This document shows, piece by piece, positions 26,545 through 39,382 of a DNA stretch of 64,000 nucleotides (positions are counted from its first letter, which is position 1; each line of letters begins with the position of its first letter). The notes beneath the pieces were generated by a model. That model did not search any database. It was not told the DNA's origin and saw nothing but the letters and a program-made list of their open reading frames with translations. A program made the translations under genes and the position numbers. The stretch comes from Malacoraja senta. Taxonomy: Eukaryota. The stretch lies in contig CM075995.1 in NCBI GenBank assembly GCA_038087875.1, positions 9,860,001-9,924,000 of the forward strand, written 5' to 3'.

Positions 26545-29500
26545 ATATAAGAAATCATACAGCATTTATGAACTCACCTGCATCAGAAAATCCACTGGAA
26601 TCAACGCCGTAAGTAGCGAGCTGCTAACGCATTTAAATGTATTAGCGCTTATTGAGAACTCCTGATGTTAGCGCGGGTAAAGGAATCCCCGAACAGAGGG
26701 GATTCCCCAACCTCGCGGAGGAGCGCAGGTACAGCAAGAACCTTACCTGCAAACATCGGGGAGGCCTTCAGGGAGTCCGGAATCGAGGCAGTCGGGCAGG
26801 ACCCCCCAGCAGCAACGGAGCTGGAGGTGCAGACTGTATGGGAATTTCCCGATCTCAGGGGATTCCCCAACTTCGCGGAGACCCGTAAGTACTGTACCTT
26901 TAAACACCGAGGAAGGCTCCATGGAGTACGGAAACGTGGCCGTCGGGTTGGACTACAGGTCAGACTGAAGCGGAGGGGACTTCGGCCCCCTCTCCCTACA
27001 ATCATACTGGCCAACGTACAGTCCCTAGAAAATAAAGTGGAGGACTTAAGGGCTAGGCTGCTTTATCAAAGGGAGCTGAGGGAATGCTCTGTGTTCTGTT
27101 TCACAGAGACATGGCTCACCCCCAGCTCCCCAGACTCAGCGGTCCAGCCCGAAGGGTTCTCCATCCACCGTATGGACCGGACGCAGGCATCTGGAAAAGG
27201 GAGAGGAGGCGGCATCTGCCTCATGGTCAACTCTGCGTGGTGCTCAGACGTGGCAGTCCTATCCAACTCCTGCTCACCACTCCTCGAACATCTGGCGGTG
27301 AAGTGCCGCCCCTTCTATCTTCCGAGGGAATTCACCTCCATCATCCTGACCACGGTCTACATCCCACCCTAAGCAGGCACTGGAGGAGCTGCACGCCATG
27401 GTCAACAAACACCGGACGTCTTACCCCAAGGCGTTTACTACCATAGCTGGGGACTTCAACAAAGCAAACCTCAAGAAATCGCTCCATAACTTCCAGGCGG
27501 ACTGCAGGAGTGGGGCGCCGTTGTGTATGGCTGCTCTGCCTGCAGTCCGTCCTTTCACCCTTTTTTATTTTTATTTTTAGTCCTGTTAAAAAAAAATGTT
27601 TGTTGGAGGTCTTCTTTTATGTGGTGGGTGGGGGGAGGGGAAGGGGGAAACATTATTTCCTAGTCCCTACCTGGTCGGAGAGGTGGCTTCCCTCCGAGCT
27701 GCTTCTTCGCCCCTTCCTCGCGGCCTACCATCGGAGTGGAGCGGCGTTTCCTGTCGGAACCGGCCGGAACCCCAGCTTCGGCGGCGGCACAGCGCTGGGA
27801 CACCTTCACAGAGCGGAGCGGTAAGCTCCAGAGTGCTGTGACCGCCGACTCCAACATCCGAGGAGCTGTGGCTGCGGGCGTCCAGCGGAGCCTGGGATCC
27901 GAGATCGCCAGAGTCGGAGCTCCAACCAGCGGGGCCTGAGGACTTCGGGTGCCGTGGTCTCCGGGGAGGAAGCGGCCGCTCCAAACATTCCAAGCCGCTG
28001 AGGAGTGTTCACCCGACGCCGGAGTTCCATCTTCCTGGCAAGAGGGCCTGAAAACATCGGACTGGCTGCGGAGTCCACAAATAGGCCCCGACCTCGGGTG
28101 ATCACAGAGAAAGAGGACTAAACTTTCTGGTGCCTTTCCCCACAGTGGAAAATTTTGATTATGCTGTGGGGGGACGTTCATATTGAATTCTATAATGTGT
28201 TGTGTCATTTTTATTTTATTTTTATTTTTTATTTTTCTATGGATGTACGGAAACTTAATTATTTCTTCTATGTAAAGCACTTTGGTTTCAACGCGAGTTG
28301 ATTTAAACGTGCTATATAAATAAAATGTACTTACTTACTTACTTACCAACATGTCTCCGGCTGCACCAGAGGACCAAGTACCCTCGACCACTGCTACACC
28401 ACCATTAAGGATGCCTATCCCTCTATCCCTCGCCCTCACTTCGGTAAATCCGACCATTCCGCGGTGCTGCTTCTTCCTGCCTACAGGCAGTAATTAGAGC
28501 GCACCCCCAGAGGTGAGGACTGTTCAGAGCTGGTCGTGGGGGGGGGGGGGGGGGTCAGAGGGACAACTCCAGGACTGTTTGGAGACTGCAGACTGGGCAA
28601 TGTTCAGGGACTCGGCAACGGACCTGAACGAATACACCACAGTCATTACAGACTTCATGAAGAAATGTGTGGAGGACTGCATCCCAACAAAAACCTTCCA
28701 AATGTTTCCCAATCAGAAGCCTTGGATGAACTGTGAGATCCGCACTCTTCTGAAGTCCAGACACCGGGCATTCATGTCTGAAGATACCGAGGACTGCAAG
28801 AAGACAAGATACGACCTTAGTAAAGCCATTAAAAAGGCCAAAAGGGACCTGCTCCAAGCTGGAGGATGAGCCGGATGTTCTGCAGCTGTGGCGGGGCCTG
28901 AATGCAATCACCTCCTACAAGGCGAAATCAGCTCGAATGTCGGCGTAGCATCACTCCCTGATGAGCTCAATGCGTCTTACGCATGCTTTGATAAGGAGAA
29001 CACTGATGTGCCTTCTCGAGCCCCCATTCGCTGTGATGGTATTTCGGTCACGGTCACCGAGGTCGACGTCAGAAAATCCTTCAGAGGGGTGAACCCTCGG
29101 AAAGCGCTGGGACCTGATGGCATACCTGGTCGTGTTCTAAAAACCTGTGCGGGCCAACTGGCTGGAGTTTTTACGGACATTTTCAACCTCTCACTTCTGA
29201 GGTCTGAGGTTCCCACCTGCTTTAAGAGGACATCAATTATACAAGATGCCTCAATGACTATCGACCAGTGGCACTAACGTCGGTGGTGATGAAGTGCTTT
29301 GGGAGGTTGATCATGGCGCAAATCAACTCCTACCTCGAGAAAAACCTGAACCCACTGCAGTTCGCTCACCGCCACAACAGATCAACTGTGGATGCGATCT
29401 CGCTGGCTCTCCGCTCTGGACCACTTGGACAACAAAAACTCATATGTCAGGCTGTTATTCATTGACCACAGCTCGGCATTTAACACAATCATCCCCTCCA

Positions 29501-30603
29501 AGCTGGTTACCAAACTCTCAGAACTGGGTCTCTGCGCATCCCTCTGCAATTGGATCCTCGACTTCCTCATCCACAGACCACAGTCTGTCCGTATTGGTGG
29601 AAATGTGTCAGCCTCGATAACAATCAGCACGGGAGCACCTCAAGGCTGCGTGCTCAGCCCCCTGCTGTACTTACTCTATACTCATGACTGTGTAGCCGGT
29701 CATAGTGCGAACTCCATCATCAAGTTTGCTGATGACACCACTGTTGTGGGATATATCACTGATGGAGATGAGTCAGAGTATAGAAGTGAGATCGACCGTT
29801 TGACCAAATGGTGCCAGCACAAAAACCTGGCTCTCAACACCAGCAAAACCAAGGAACTGATTGTGGACTTTGGAAGGAGTAGGATGGGGCCCCATAGTCC
29901 CATTTATATCAATGGGTCGATGGAGGAGAGGGTCAAGAGCTTCAAATTCCTGGGCGTGCATATCTCTGAAGATCTCTCCTGGTCCAAGAACACGCATGCA
30001 ATTATCAAGAAAGCACATCAGCGCCTCTACTTCCTGAGAAGATTACAGAGAGTCGGTATGACAAGGAGAACTCTCTCTAACTTCTACAGGTCCACAGTAG
30101 AGAGCATGCTGACCGGTTGCATCGTGGCTTGGTTCGGCAACTTGAGCACCCAGGAGCGGAAAAGACTGCAAAAAGTGGTAAACACTGCCCAGTCCATCAT
30201 CGGCTCTGACCTCCCTACCATCGAGGGGATCTATCGCAGTCGCTGCCTCAAACAGGCTGCCAGCATCATCAAAGACCCACACCATCCTGGCCACTCACTC
30301 ATCTCCCCGCTGCCTTCAGGTAGAAGGTACAGGAGCCTGAAATCTGCAACATCCAGGTTCAGGAATAGCTACTTCCCCACAGCCATCAGGCTATTAAACT
30401 CAACTAAAAACAAAACTCTGATCATTAATAGCCCATTGCACTTTATCTGTTTATTTATGTGTGTATATATATATTCATTGGTATATGGTCACACTGATCT
30501 GTTCTGCTATGTATTTATTTATGCCTACTATATTCTGTTGTGCTGAAGCAAAGCAAGAATTTCATTGTCCTATCTAGAACACATGACAATAAACTCTCTT
30601 GAA
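26545..30603 (+). mobile_element. Near-full-length Rex1/Babar-like LINE (APE + RT), disrupted
   Basis: LPTIILANVQSLENK, CFTETWL, GGGICL, VYIPP, AGDFN; RT ORF 29392-30546 with [22 protein letters not shown]; contains the 27496-28345 insertion. Confidence 0.92.
27496..28345 (+). mobile_element. GC-rich non-autonomous retroelement with L2-type 3' tail and (ACTT)n
   Basis: Interrupts the Rex1-like frame between aacttcca and ccaacatg; 5' hairpin 27496-27551; tail aaagcactttgg..gtgctatataaataaaa resembles the L2 tail at ~30740-30800. Confidence 0.75.
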
Positions 30604-30736
30604 GAATCTTGATAACTGGTCTATAATTCCCTGTCTTCTCTCTCCCTCCTTTCTTAAGTGGAGTTACGTTAGCTACCCTCCAGTCCACAGGAACTGATCC
30701 AAAGTCTATAGAACATTGGAAAATGATCACCAATCT

Positions 30737-31155
30737 AGTCAAGTCAATTTTATTTCTATAGCACATTTAAAAACAACTCTCGTTGACCAAATGCCTTCAC
30801 ATTAGTGCAGGTACTAACGTGCTACAAACAGTGGTACATAGATCAACAATACATACATAAATACATACATACAGCGCTCCCTCAGAGGACCTCAAGAAAG
30901 GCTTGAGTGTAGAAATAAGTTTTAAGTCTAGATTTAAAAGAGTTGATGGAGGGGGCAGTTCTGATGGGAAGAGGGATCCTGTTCCATTGTCTAGGTGCTG
31001 CAACCGCAAAAGCGCAGTCGCCCCTGAGCTTATGCCTAGACCGCGGGATGGTCAGTAACCCCAAGTCGGCCGATCTGAGGGACCTGGAGGTGGTATGGTG
31101 GGAAAGCAGATGTTTGATATAGGTGGGATTCAATGCATTCACGATTTCTAGGGTC
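30737..31155 (-). mobile_element. L2 LINE 3' fragment
   Basis: SRSLRSAD.GLLTIPR..GDCAFAVAAPRQWN.IP..IR.APS..SFKSRLKTYF, then gtgctatagaaataaaattgacttgact tail. Confidence 0.88.
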
Positions 31156-31759
31156 ACCTCCTGGAGTACTCTGGGATGCAGACCATCAGACCCTGAGGAT
31201 TTATTTGCCTTCAGTCCAACAGTTTACCTAACACCATTTCCTGACTAATGTGGATTCCATTCAGTTCCACCCACAAGATCCTCGGTCCCCTAGTATTTCT
31301 GGAAGATTGCTTGTGTCTTCCTTAGTGAAGACAGAACCAAAGTACTTGTTTAACTGGTCTGCCATTTCCTTGTTTCCCATTATAAATTCACCTGTTTCTG
31401 ACTGTATGGGACCTACATTTGTTTTCACTAATCCATGTTTCTATGTTTTCCTCTTCACGTATCTATAGAAACTTTTACAGTCAGTTTTTATATTCCCCAC
31501 AAGCTTTCTTTCATGCTCTATTTCCCCCTCTTAATTAACCCCTTTGTCCTCACTAATATGTCTTCACTAATCTTTTCCTTTTTACATCTAAAGAAGCTTT
31601 TAGTATCCGTTTTTATATTACCCTCAAGCTTTCTTTCATGCTCTTTTTTCCCCCCTTTTTAACCCCTTTGTCCTCCATTGTTGAGTTCTAAATGTCTCGT
31701 AGTTTGCTGCTTCCTCTGGCCAATTTATATGCCTCTTCCTTGGAGTTAATACTATCCAG

Positions 31760-32210
31760 TATGATGACGTATGATGAAAGAATGGGTCGACTGGGTTTGA
31801 ATTCGCAGGAATTTAGGAGGATGAGAGGGAATCTTATGGAAACATATAAAATTCTTAGAGGATTGGACAGGCTCGATGCAGGAAAAAAAATTCTGATGTT
31901 GGGGGAGCCTAGAACAAGGGGTCACAGTTTACGAATAAGGCGTAGGCCATTTAGGACTGAGATAAAGAAAAACTTTTCACCCAGAGAATTGGGAATCTGT
32001 GGAATTCTCTGTCACAGAAGGCAGTGGAGGCCAATTCACTGGATGAGTTCAAGAGAGTTAGATATAGCTCATAGGGTTAAAGGAATCAAGGAATATGGGG
32101 AGAAAGCAGGAACAGGGTACTGATTCTGGATGATTACCCATGATCATATTGAATGGCGGTGCTGGCTCGAAGGGCCAAATGGCCTTCTCCTGCACCTATT
32201 TTCTATGTTT
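31760..32210 (+). mobile_element. CR1 LINE 3' fragment
   Basis: YDERMGRLGL..RTRGHSLRI..YGEKAGTGY and ttctatgt tail. Confidence 0.9.
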
Positions 32211-32224
32211 TACATAATTCCAAC

Positions 32225-34090
32225 TATATAATTTCCCTTAACCGCTAACTTCGCTTTCAATTCATCCACTTTATTATGAATGCTCCTCGCATTAAGGCAC
32301 AAAGGTTTTAGGTTGGTTTTTCTTATCTCCCTTCCACGTTTTGGTTCTGTCCTCCTTTTATGGCCCTCTGTCTCCTTGCATTGGGTCCCATCCTCCTGCT
32401 CTATTAGTTTAAACGTGACCTTTCCTCACTCTCTTTCCTGTTAGCTGCACGGATACGTATCCACACTGTTGACTCCCACCCCCACACACTTTTTAGTTTA
32501 AACCCACCCGTGTAGCACTAGCAAGCCTGCCTGCCAGAATGTCGGTTCCCTTACAATTAAGGTGCCACTCGTCCCTTTTGGACAGGTCACCCCTGCCCCA
32601 GAAGAGATTCCAGTGATGTAGAATTCTAAATCCCTGCCCCATGAACCAACTCCTCAGCCATCCTTTCAGATCCCCTATCTCCCTGTTCCTACCCTCACTA
32701 GCACGAGGTACTGGAAGCAACCCTGAGATAACCACCCTAGAAGGCCTGCTTTTCAGCCTCCTACCTAGTTCTCTAAACTCATGTTGCAGAACCTCCTTCC
32801 TCTTCTTACCCACGTCATTTGTGCCTACATGCACAACTACTTCCAGCTGTTCACCTTCCCTCTCGAGGATGTTCTGAAGTCGGTCTGAGACGTCTTGGAC
32901 CCTGGCACCAGGGAGGCAACACACCATCCTCGAGTCTCGCTTGTTGCCACAGAATCACCTGTTCGCACCTCGGACAACACATCCCTATGGCTCTGTCTGA
33001 CGTCGGTCTCGCTGGTCGAGTCTCAGCGCTAAGATTCGAGGCACAGACCTATCCGCCACTCGGACTGGAGGCGTCGTCTGCCCCGACAACACCCAAGAGT
33101 GTGTAACTGTTTTCAAGAGGTACTTCCACCAAGGTCTCCTGCATTCGCTTCATCCCCTTTCTTCCTGTCTCTTCCCGTCGAACCTCCTGCACTCTTGGAG
33201 TGACAAACTGACTGTAGGTCCTGTCCAGGAAGCTTTCGTCATCCGAGATGGACCGCATGTCATCCAGCTGCTGCTCCAGTTCCCTAACTCGGTGCTTGAG
33301 GAGCTGCATCTGGACACAGTTCCCACAGGTGTAGTGGTCAGAGGCACAAGCAGTGCCCCTGACTTCCCACATCCTGCAACAAACGCACTGCAATAACAGC
33401 CCTGCCATCACAAGTTAAAATATTTAAAATAAACACACAACCGATTCAAGTGTAGCCTCCTTGCCTCAGCGCCAAAGACTCTTGAGCCAAAGACTTACAC
33501 TTTACCTCACCAAGACTCTTGAGCCAAAGACTCGCACTTTACCTCACCAAGGCACTTCCCCTCAACAAGGCCGCTCCCTCAGACCTGAACTTAATTTTAT
33601 CTAATCAAGCAACTATCCACTCAACTAAAAGTGTAGGAAAGAACTGCAGATGCTGGTTTAAATCGAAGGTAGACACAAAATGTTGGAATAACTCAGTGAG
33701 ACAGGCAGCATCTCTGGAGAGAAGGAATGGGTGATGTTTTGAGTCAAGACCCTTCTTCAGACTGATGTCAGGGGAGTGAATTGAGCAGAGATAGAGTGAA
33801 TGAATGAATAAGTGTATTGGCCAAGTATGTGCACATACAAGGAATTTGCCTTAGTGCTCACAATGTAGTCGGAGACAGTAAGACTGATGGGAGAACTGGG
33901 GAGGGGATGAAGAGAAAGGAGGAAAGCGAGGGCTATTATCCACTCAACTAATTAGGATGATCCACTCAACTAATAAGGATGTCTCAGCCAATCCACTCAC
34001 TCGCTGGTCTGGCTGCTGCTGCCGCTCCTCTGCGATCTTCCAGGTAATTGCCCCGGGCTGACTCTTGGCGCTCTTTTTTAAACCTCCCGA
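32225..34090 (-). mobile_element. CR1 5' portion: 5'UTR, ORF1 (Zn-finger/coiled coil + SGNH esterase), start of ORF2
   Basis: ORF 33049-33411 CVCC..CGNC..LEQQL; ORF 32493-32927 CLPGARVQD, HVGTND, VVISGLLP, D.WHLN; CLNARSIHNKVDEL near 32300. Confidence 0.88.
33633..33776 (-). mobile_element. Penelope pseudo-LTR-derived repeat, hammerhead core mutated
   Basis: Minus strand reads CTGAAGA-AGGGTCTTGACTC-AAAA-CATC (GAAA changed to AAAA), followed by the usual agatgctgcctg..gagttattccaac unit. Confidence 0.7.
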
Positions 34091-35074
34091 ACTTTACTTA
34101 CCTAGGAGAAAGTCTTCCTTCAGCCAATCCACTCACTCGCTGGTCTGGCTGCTGCTGCTCCTCTGCGATCTACCAGGTAATTGCCCTGCAGTAGAAAGAG
34201 TTCAGAGTCAGTAAGAGGCAAAAATAAATAATTTAAGGAATTTGAGTTCAGAAAGGATATTGAAGGTTTAATCAGGGAAAAGAGTTCAGAATCATCGAAG
34301 CATACAGCACAGTAGCGGGATCTCACGGGCCACCTTGTCCACATTAAACTTGATGCTTGAAAGCCTGTAACACATGGTGATCTCAGCTGTTTATTTATCA
34401 GTTGTTTCTAATATATTTAAGTGATTTAGATCTTCTTCTTGCGTTTGAGGCAGCAGGAGTTATGTTACGCCCTCCAGGCGCTGTAGCCAGTTCAATGTGC
34501 TGTTGTCGAGGGCCGTGAGGTCTACCCCTTTTCCACCAGGGGGGCGGAAGACAGCGCAGTGAAAATGACATGCTGCGCTGTTTGCTGGTCTGCTCCACAC
34601 ACGCAGCCCCCAGCGATGCATGACAAACAGAGACTGATTTAGATGAGAATGAAGTGCTATGATTAAACACTTTAGAGATGACAAAAGGATTGATGGAGTC
34701 AAAGATAGCAAAGAAGATTATCTAAGCATGCAACAGTACATAGCAGCTGAAAATCTCTATGAGGCAGAGGGAAGTTCATAAAACAAATGAGAGGTAATTC
34801 CTTTTGGAAAGTCAAATTCTGGTAGGACATAGGGTAAGTGGCAAGAGAACTTAGGGGTATTAATGTACAGAGAAACGTTGGATTGCATCACAGGATAGGG
34901 AAAATTAAAGAGCATTTGGTATACTTGCATTAATCGGACAAGGCACTGAGTATAAAATTTGACATCTGGGCACTGCATCCTTCGAGACTCAATATTAAAT
35001 TCAACAATTACAGATAATTGAAGGTCGCAGAGGAGCAACAGCCAGACCAGCGAGTGAGTGGATTAGCTGACTTG

Positions 35075-35705
35075 TGAAATATAACATCCAATCTGAAGGA
35101 AACTTGACACGAATGACCACGGGATTAAGGTGCGTAAAGTGGTGCAAACATTTTAGCGCTACCGTGTACCGTTTTGGCGTAGATACCATCTCACTCACTC
35201 ACACACACACACACAAACAAGACGAGACTTTTAATAGTATACTGGACCAAGTGGGACCCGTTGGGCCCCGTCCCCAATGCGGGGGGCGGGGCGGGGCGGG
35301 GCATCACGCGGGAGTGCTGGTCCCCGAACGCAATACTCCACCACTCAACCATAGCCCCCAACTGTGCAGGCACGGCGAAAGGGTTCCCATTGTGACATAA
35401 TTCCCCCCACACACACTAACCCCCCCTTCACACATACTAACCTCCCCCACACACACTAACTCCCCCCCACACACTAACCCAATATCTGTCGCTCTGTCTC
35501 TCTCTATATCTGTCTCTCTCACATTTCCCTCCCTCTCCTTTTCCCTACCCTCAGTCACTCCCTTCCTCACCTATCCCCTTTTGCACTCCTCCACCCCCTA
35601 CACACACACACTACCCCCCTCCCCACACACACTAACCCCCGCACCCCCACACACACAACCCCCCCCCACCCCACACACACTAACACTGCGTCTTTTGTTC
35701 CAATA
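35075..35705 (-). mobile_element. Helitron-like non-autonomous ends joined head-to-tail
   Basis: Minus strand: hairpin ggggccc-aac-gggtccc, acttggtCCAG end at 35242, directly followed by tatactattaaaagtctcgtcttgtttgtgtg, a Helitron-like 5' start. Confidence 0.5.
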
Positions 35706-35711
35706 GGGAAT

Positions 35712-36635
35712 GGACAATAGACAATAGGTGCAGGAGTAGGCCATTCAGCCCTTTGAGCCATTCAATGTGATCATGGCTGATCATCCCCAATCAGTACCCC
35801 ATTCCTGCCTTCTCCCCATATCCCCTGACTCCGCTATCTTTAAGAGCCCTATCTAGCACTCCCTTGAAAGTGTCCAGAGAACCGGCCTCCACCGCCCACT
35901 GAGGCAGAAAATCCACAGACTCACAACTCTCTGTGTGAAAAAGTGTTTCCTCATCTCCGTTCTAAATGGCTTACCCCTTATTCTTAAACAGTGGCCCCTG
36001 GTTCTGGACTCCCCGAACATCGGGAACATGGTTCCTGCCTCTAGCATGTCCAAACCCTTAACAATCTTATATGTTTCAATAAGACATCCTCTCATCCTTC
36101 TAAACTCCAGAGTGTACAAGTCCAGCCGCTCCATTCTCTCAGGATATGACAGTCCCGCCATCCCGGGAATTAACCTTGTAAACCTACGCTGCACTCCCTC
36201 AATAGCAATAATGTCCTTCCTCAAATTAGGGGACCAAAACTGCACACAATATTCCAGGTGTGGTCTCACTAGGGGCCTATACAACTGCAGAAGGACCTCT
36301 TGGCTCCTGTACTCAACTCCTCTTGTTATGAAGGCCAACATGCCATTCGCTTTCTTCACTGCCTGCTGTACCTGCATGCTTAATTGACGGATTAACAAGG
36401 ACCCCTAGATCCCGTTGTACTTCCCCTTTTCCCAACTTGACACCATTTAGATAGTAATCTGCCTTCCTGTTTTTGCTACCAAAGTGGATAACCTCACATT
36501 TATCCACATTAAACTGCATCTGCCATGCATCTGCCCACTCACCCAACCTGTCCAAGTCACCCTGCCAAGTCATAGCATCCTCCTCATAGTTCACACTGCC
36601 ACCCAGCTTTGTGTCATCTGCAAATTTGCTAATGT
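35712..36635 (-). mobile_element. CR1 LINE 3' fragment
   Basis: Same subfamily as 9786-10753 (ORFs 35853-36398 and 36313-36594). Confidence 0.93.
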
Positions 36636-36639
36636 AAAA

Positions 36640-39382
36640 AGACTTTTGCCATTTTGGCCTTCATCAGTCAGAGTATTGAATATAGAAGTTGGGAGGTCAT
36701 GTTGCGGTTGTGTAAGACGTTGGTGAGTCCGCATTTAGAATATTGTGTTCAGTTCTGGGCACCATGTTATAGGAAAGATATTGTCAAGCTTGAAAGGGTT
36801 CAGAAAATATTTACGAGAATGTTGCCATGACTAAAGGGTGTGAGCTATAGGGAGAGGTTGAGTAGGCTGTGTCTTTATTCCATGGAGCGCAGGAGGATGA
36901 GGGGTGATCTTATAGAGGTGTACAAAATCATGAGAGGAATAGACTGGGTCTCTTGCCCAGAGGAGGGGAATTGCAGACCAGAGGACATAGGATCAAGGTG
37001 AGGGGAAAAAGATTTTATAGGAATCGGAGGGGTAACTTTTCCACACAAAGGGTGGTGGGTGTATGGAACAAGCTGCCAAAGGAGGTAGTTGAGGCTGGGA
37101 CTATCCCATCATTTAAGAAACAGTTAGACAGGTACATGGATAGGACAGGTTTGGAGGGATATGGAACAAACGCAGGCAAGTGGGACTAGTGTAGCTGGGA
37201 CATTGTTGGCTGGTGTGGGCAAGTTGGGCCTGTTTCCACACTGTATCATTCTGTGACTATAATTTGCATTTCTGTTTTTATCAGTTCTTTCTCTCTCAAC
37301 CGACATTGCCTGACAAAATCTTGTCAATCCTTTTGGTCACCTCTTCAAAATATTATCAAACATTCTTAGCCCTTGCCAACTTAGAGACCTTTATATTGAA
37401 GGAATGGAGGGATGTGAGTGTAATTTGGGGCAAATCGGATTAGTGCAGATGGGCATCACAGTTGTTATGTATGTGGGCTGAAAAGTCCTATCTCTGTATT
37501 GAGTTACATATCCTCGGAAATTGTGGAGACCATGGTAGAGATATTTGTATCATTGATAGCCATGGGTGAGGTGCTAGAAGACTAGAGTAGTCTAATGTTG
37601 TGCCACTATTTCAGAAAGACTGCAAAGTAAAGCTAGGGACTTCAGTGATTTGTAAGTTATTGGTGGGGGATTCTGAAAGGCTGGATATACATGCATTTAG
37701 AAAAGCAAGGGCTGATTAGGGATAATGAGCATGACTTTGTGCCTGGGAAATCATAACAGCAATTTGAGTTTTTTAAGAGGTGATCAAGAAGATTGATGAG
37801 GGCAGTGCAGTAAATGTCTATACAGACTTTAGCAAAGCATTTGACAATGTACTGCATGGGAGGCTGGTTTGAAAGGTTAGGTCACATGGGACGTAGGGCA
37901 AGCTAGCCAATTGGATACAAGATTTCCAATTGGATACAAGATTCCCTTGAAACTAAGAGATAGAGGATGGCGGTAGAGGGTTGCTTTGCAGACTGGAGGC
38001 CTACAGTGTGGTGTTGATGTTGGGTACACTAATTATCTAGATTAATGATTTAGATGAGAATGTAGGTGGCATGGTCAGTAAGTTTACAGATCTTGATCAA
38101 CTAGGCCTGCAGGCTGAGGAATGGATGGATGGGAGAGTGGGCAAAGAAGTGGCAGATGGAATAGAGCATAGCAAAGTGTGGAGTCATGGTTTTTTGGTAG
38201 TAGGAATAAAGGCATACACTATTTTCTAAATGGAGAAATTGGAGGTGCAAAGGTGCAGGATTCCCAAAAGGTTAATTTGCAAGATCCAAGGAGAGATAGC
38301 TGAATGGATTGAAAATTGGCTTTATGGAAGGAAGCAGAGGGTAATGGTGGAACGTTGCTTCTCGGACTGGTTGCCTGTGACTAGTGGTGTGCCTCAGGGT
38401 TCGGTGTTGGGCCCGTTATTGTTTGTCAAGTATACCAATAATTTGGATGAGAACATACACGGCAAGATTAGCAAGTTTGCTGTAGTGGGTAGTTTTGCAG
38501 ATAGTGAAGATGGTTGTGAAAAATTGCAGCGGGATCTTGATTGATTGGCCAGGTGGGCTAAGGAATTGTTGATGGAAATTAATACAGAGAAATGTGAGGT
38601 GTTGCATTTTGGGATGTCTAACATGGGCAGGACCTACACAGTGAATGGTAGGGCTCCTGGGAGTCATAAGGTCATAAGTGATAGGGGCAGAATTAGGCCA
38701 TTTGGCACATCAGGTCTTCTCCACCATTCAATCATGGCTCATCTATAACTACCTCTTAACCCCATTCTCTTGCCTTCTCCCATGACCCGACACCCATACT
38801 AATCAAGAATCTATCTATCTCTGCCATAAAATTATCCATTGACAGCCTCCACAGCCTTCTGTGGCAAAGGATTCCACAGATACACCTTCCTCTGATTTAA
38901 AAAAATCCTCATCTCCTTCCTGAAGGAACGTCCGTTAATTCTGAGGCTTTGACCTAGTCCTAGACTCTCCCACTAGTGGAACCGTCTTCTCCATATGCAC
39001 TCTATCCAAGCCTTTCACTATTCGGTACATGTCAATGAGGTCCACCCTCATTCTTCTAAACTCCAGTGAGTACAGGCCCAGTCCTCATCACATTCCTGGG
39101 ATCATTCTTGTATACTTCCTCTGGACCCTCTCCAGACAGATATGGTGCCCAATACTCCAAATGCAGCATGACCAGTGCCATACAGAGCCTCAGCAATACA
39201 TTCCTGTAATGCTGAGGGTTGTAGAGGAGAGGGATCTAAGAGTGCAGGTGCATGGTTCCTTGAAGGTGGAGTCGCAGGTAGATTGCGTGGTCAAAAAGGC
39301 TTTGGCACACTGGCCTTCATCAGTCAGAGTATTAAGTATAGAAGTTGGGAGGTCATGTTGCAGCTGTATAAGACGTTGGTGA
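36640..39382. mobile_element. Cluster of older nested CR1 fragments on both strands
   Basis: Repeated [21 protein letters not shown] and TQRVVGVWNKLP motifs with stops. Confidence 0.85.

Noticed and set aside
34470..34550. CTCF-like motifs (ccaccaggggggcgg)
   Set aside because: One G too many for the core consensus; not supportable without a matrix scan or ChIP data.
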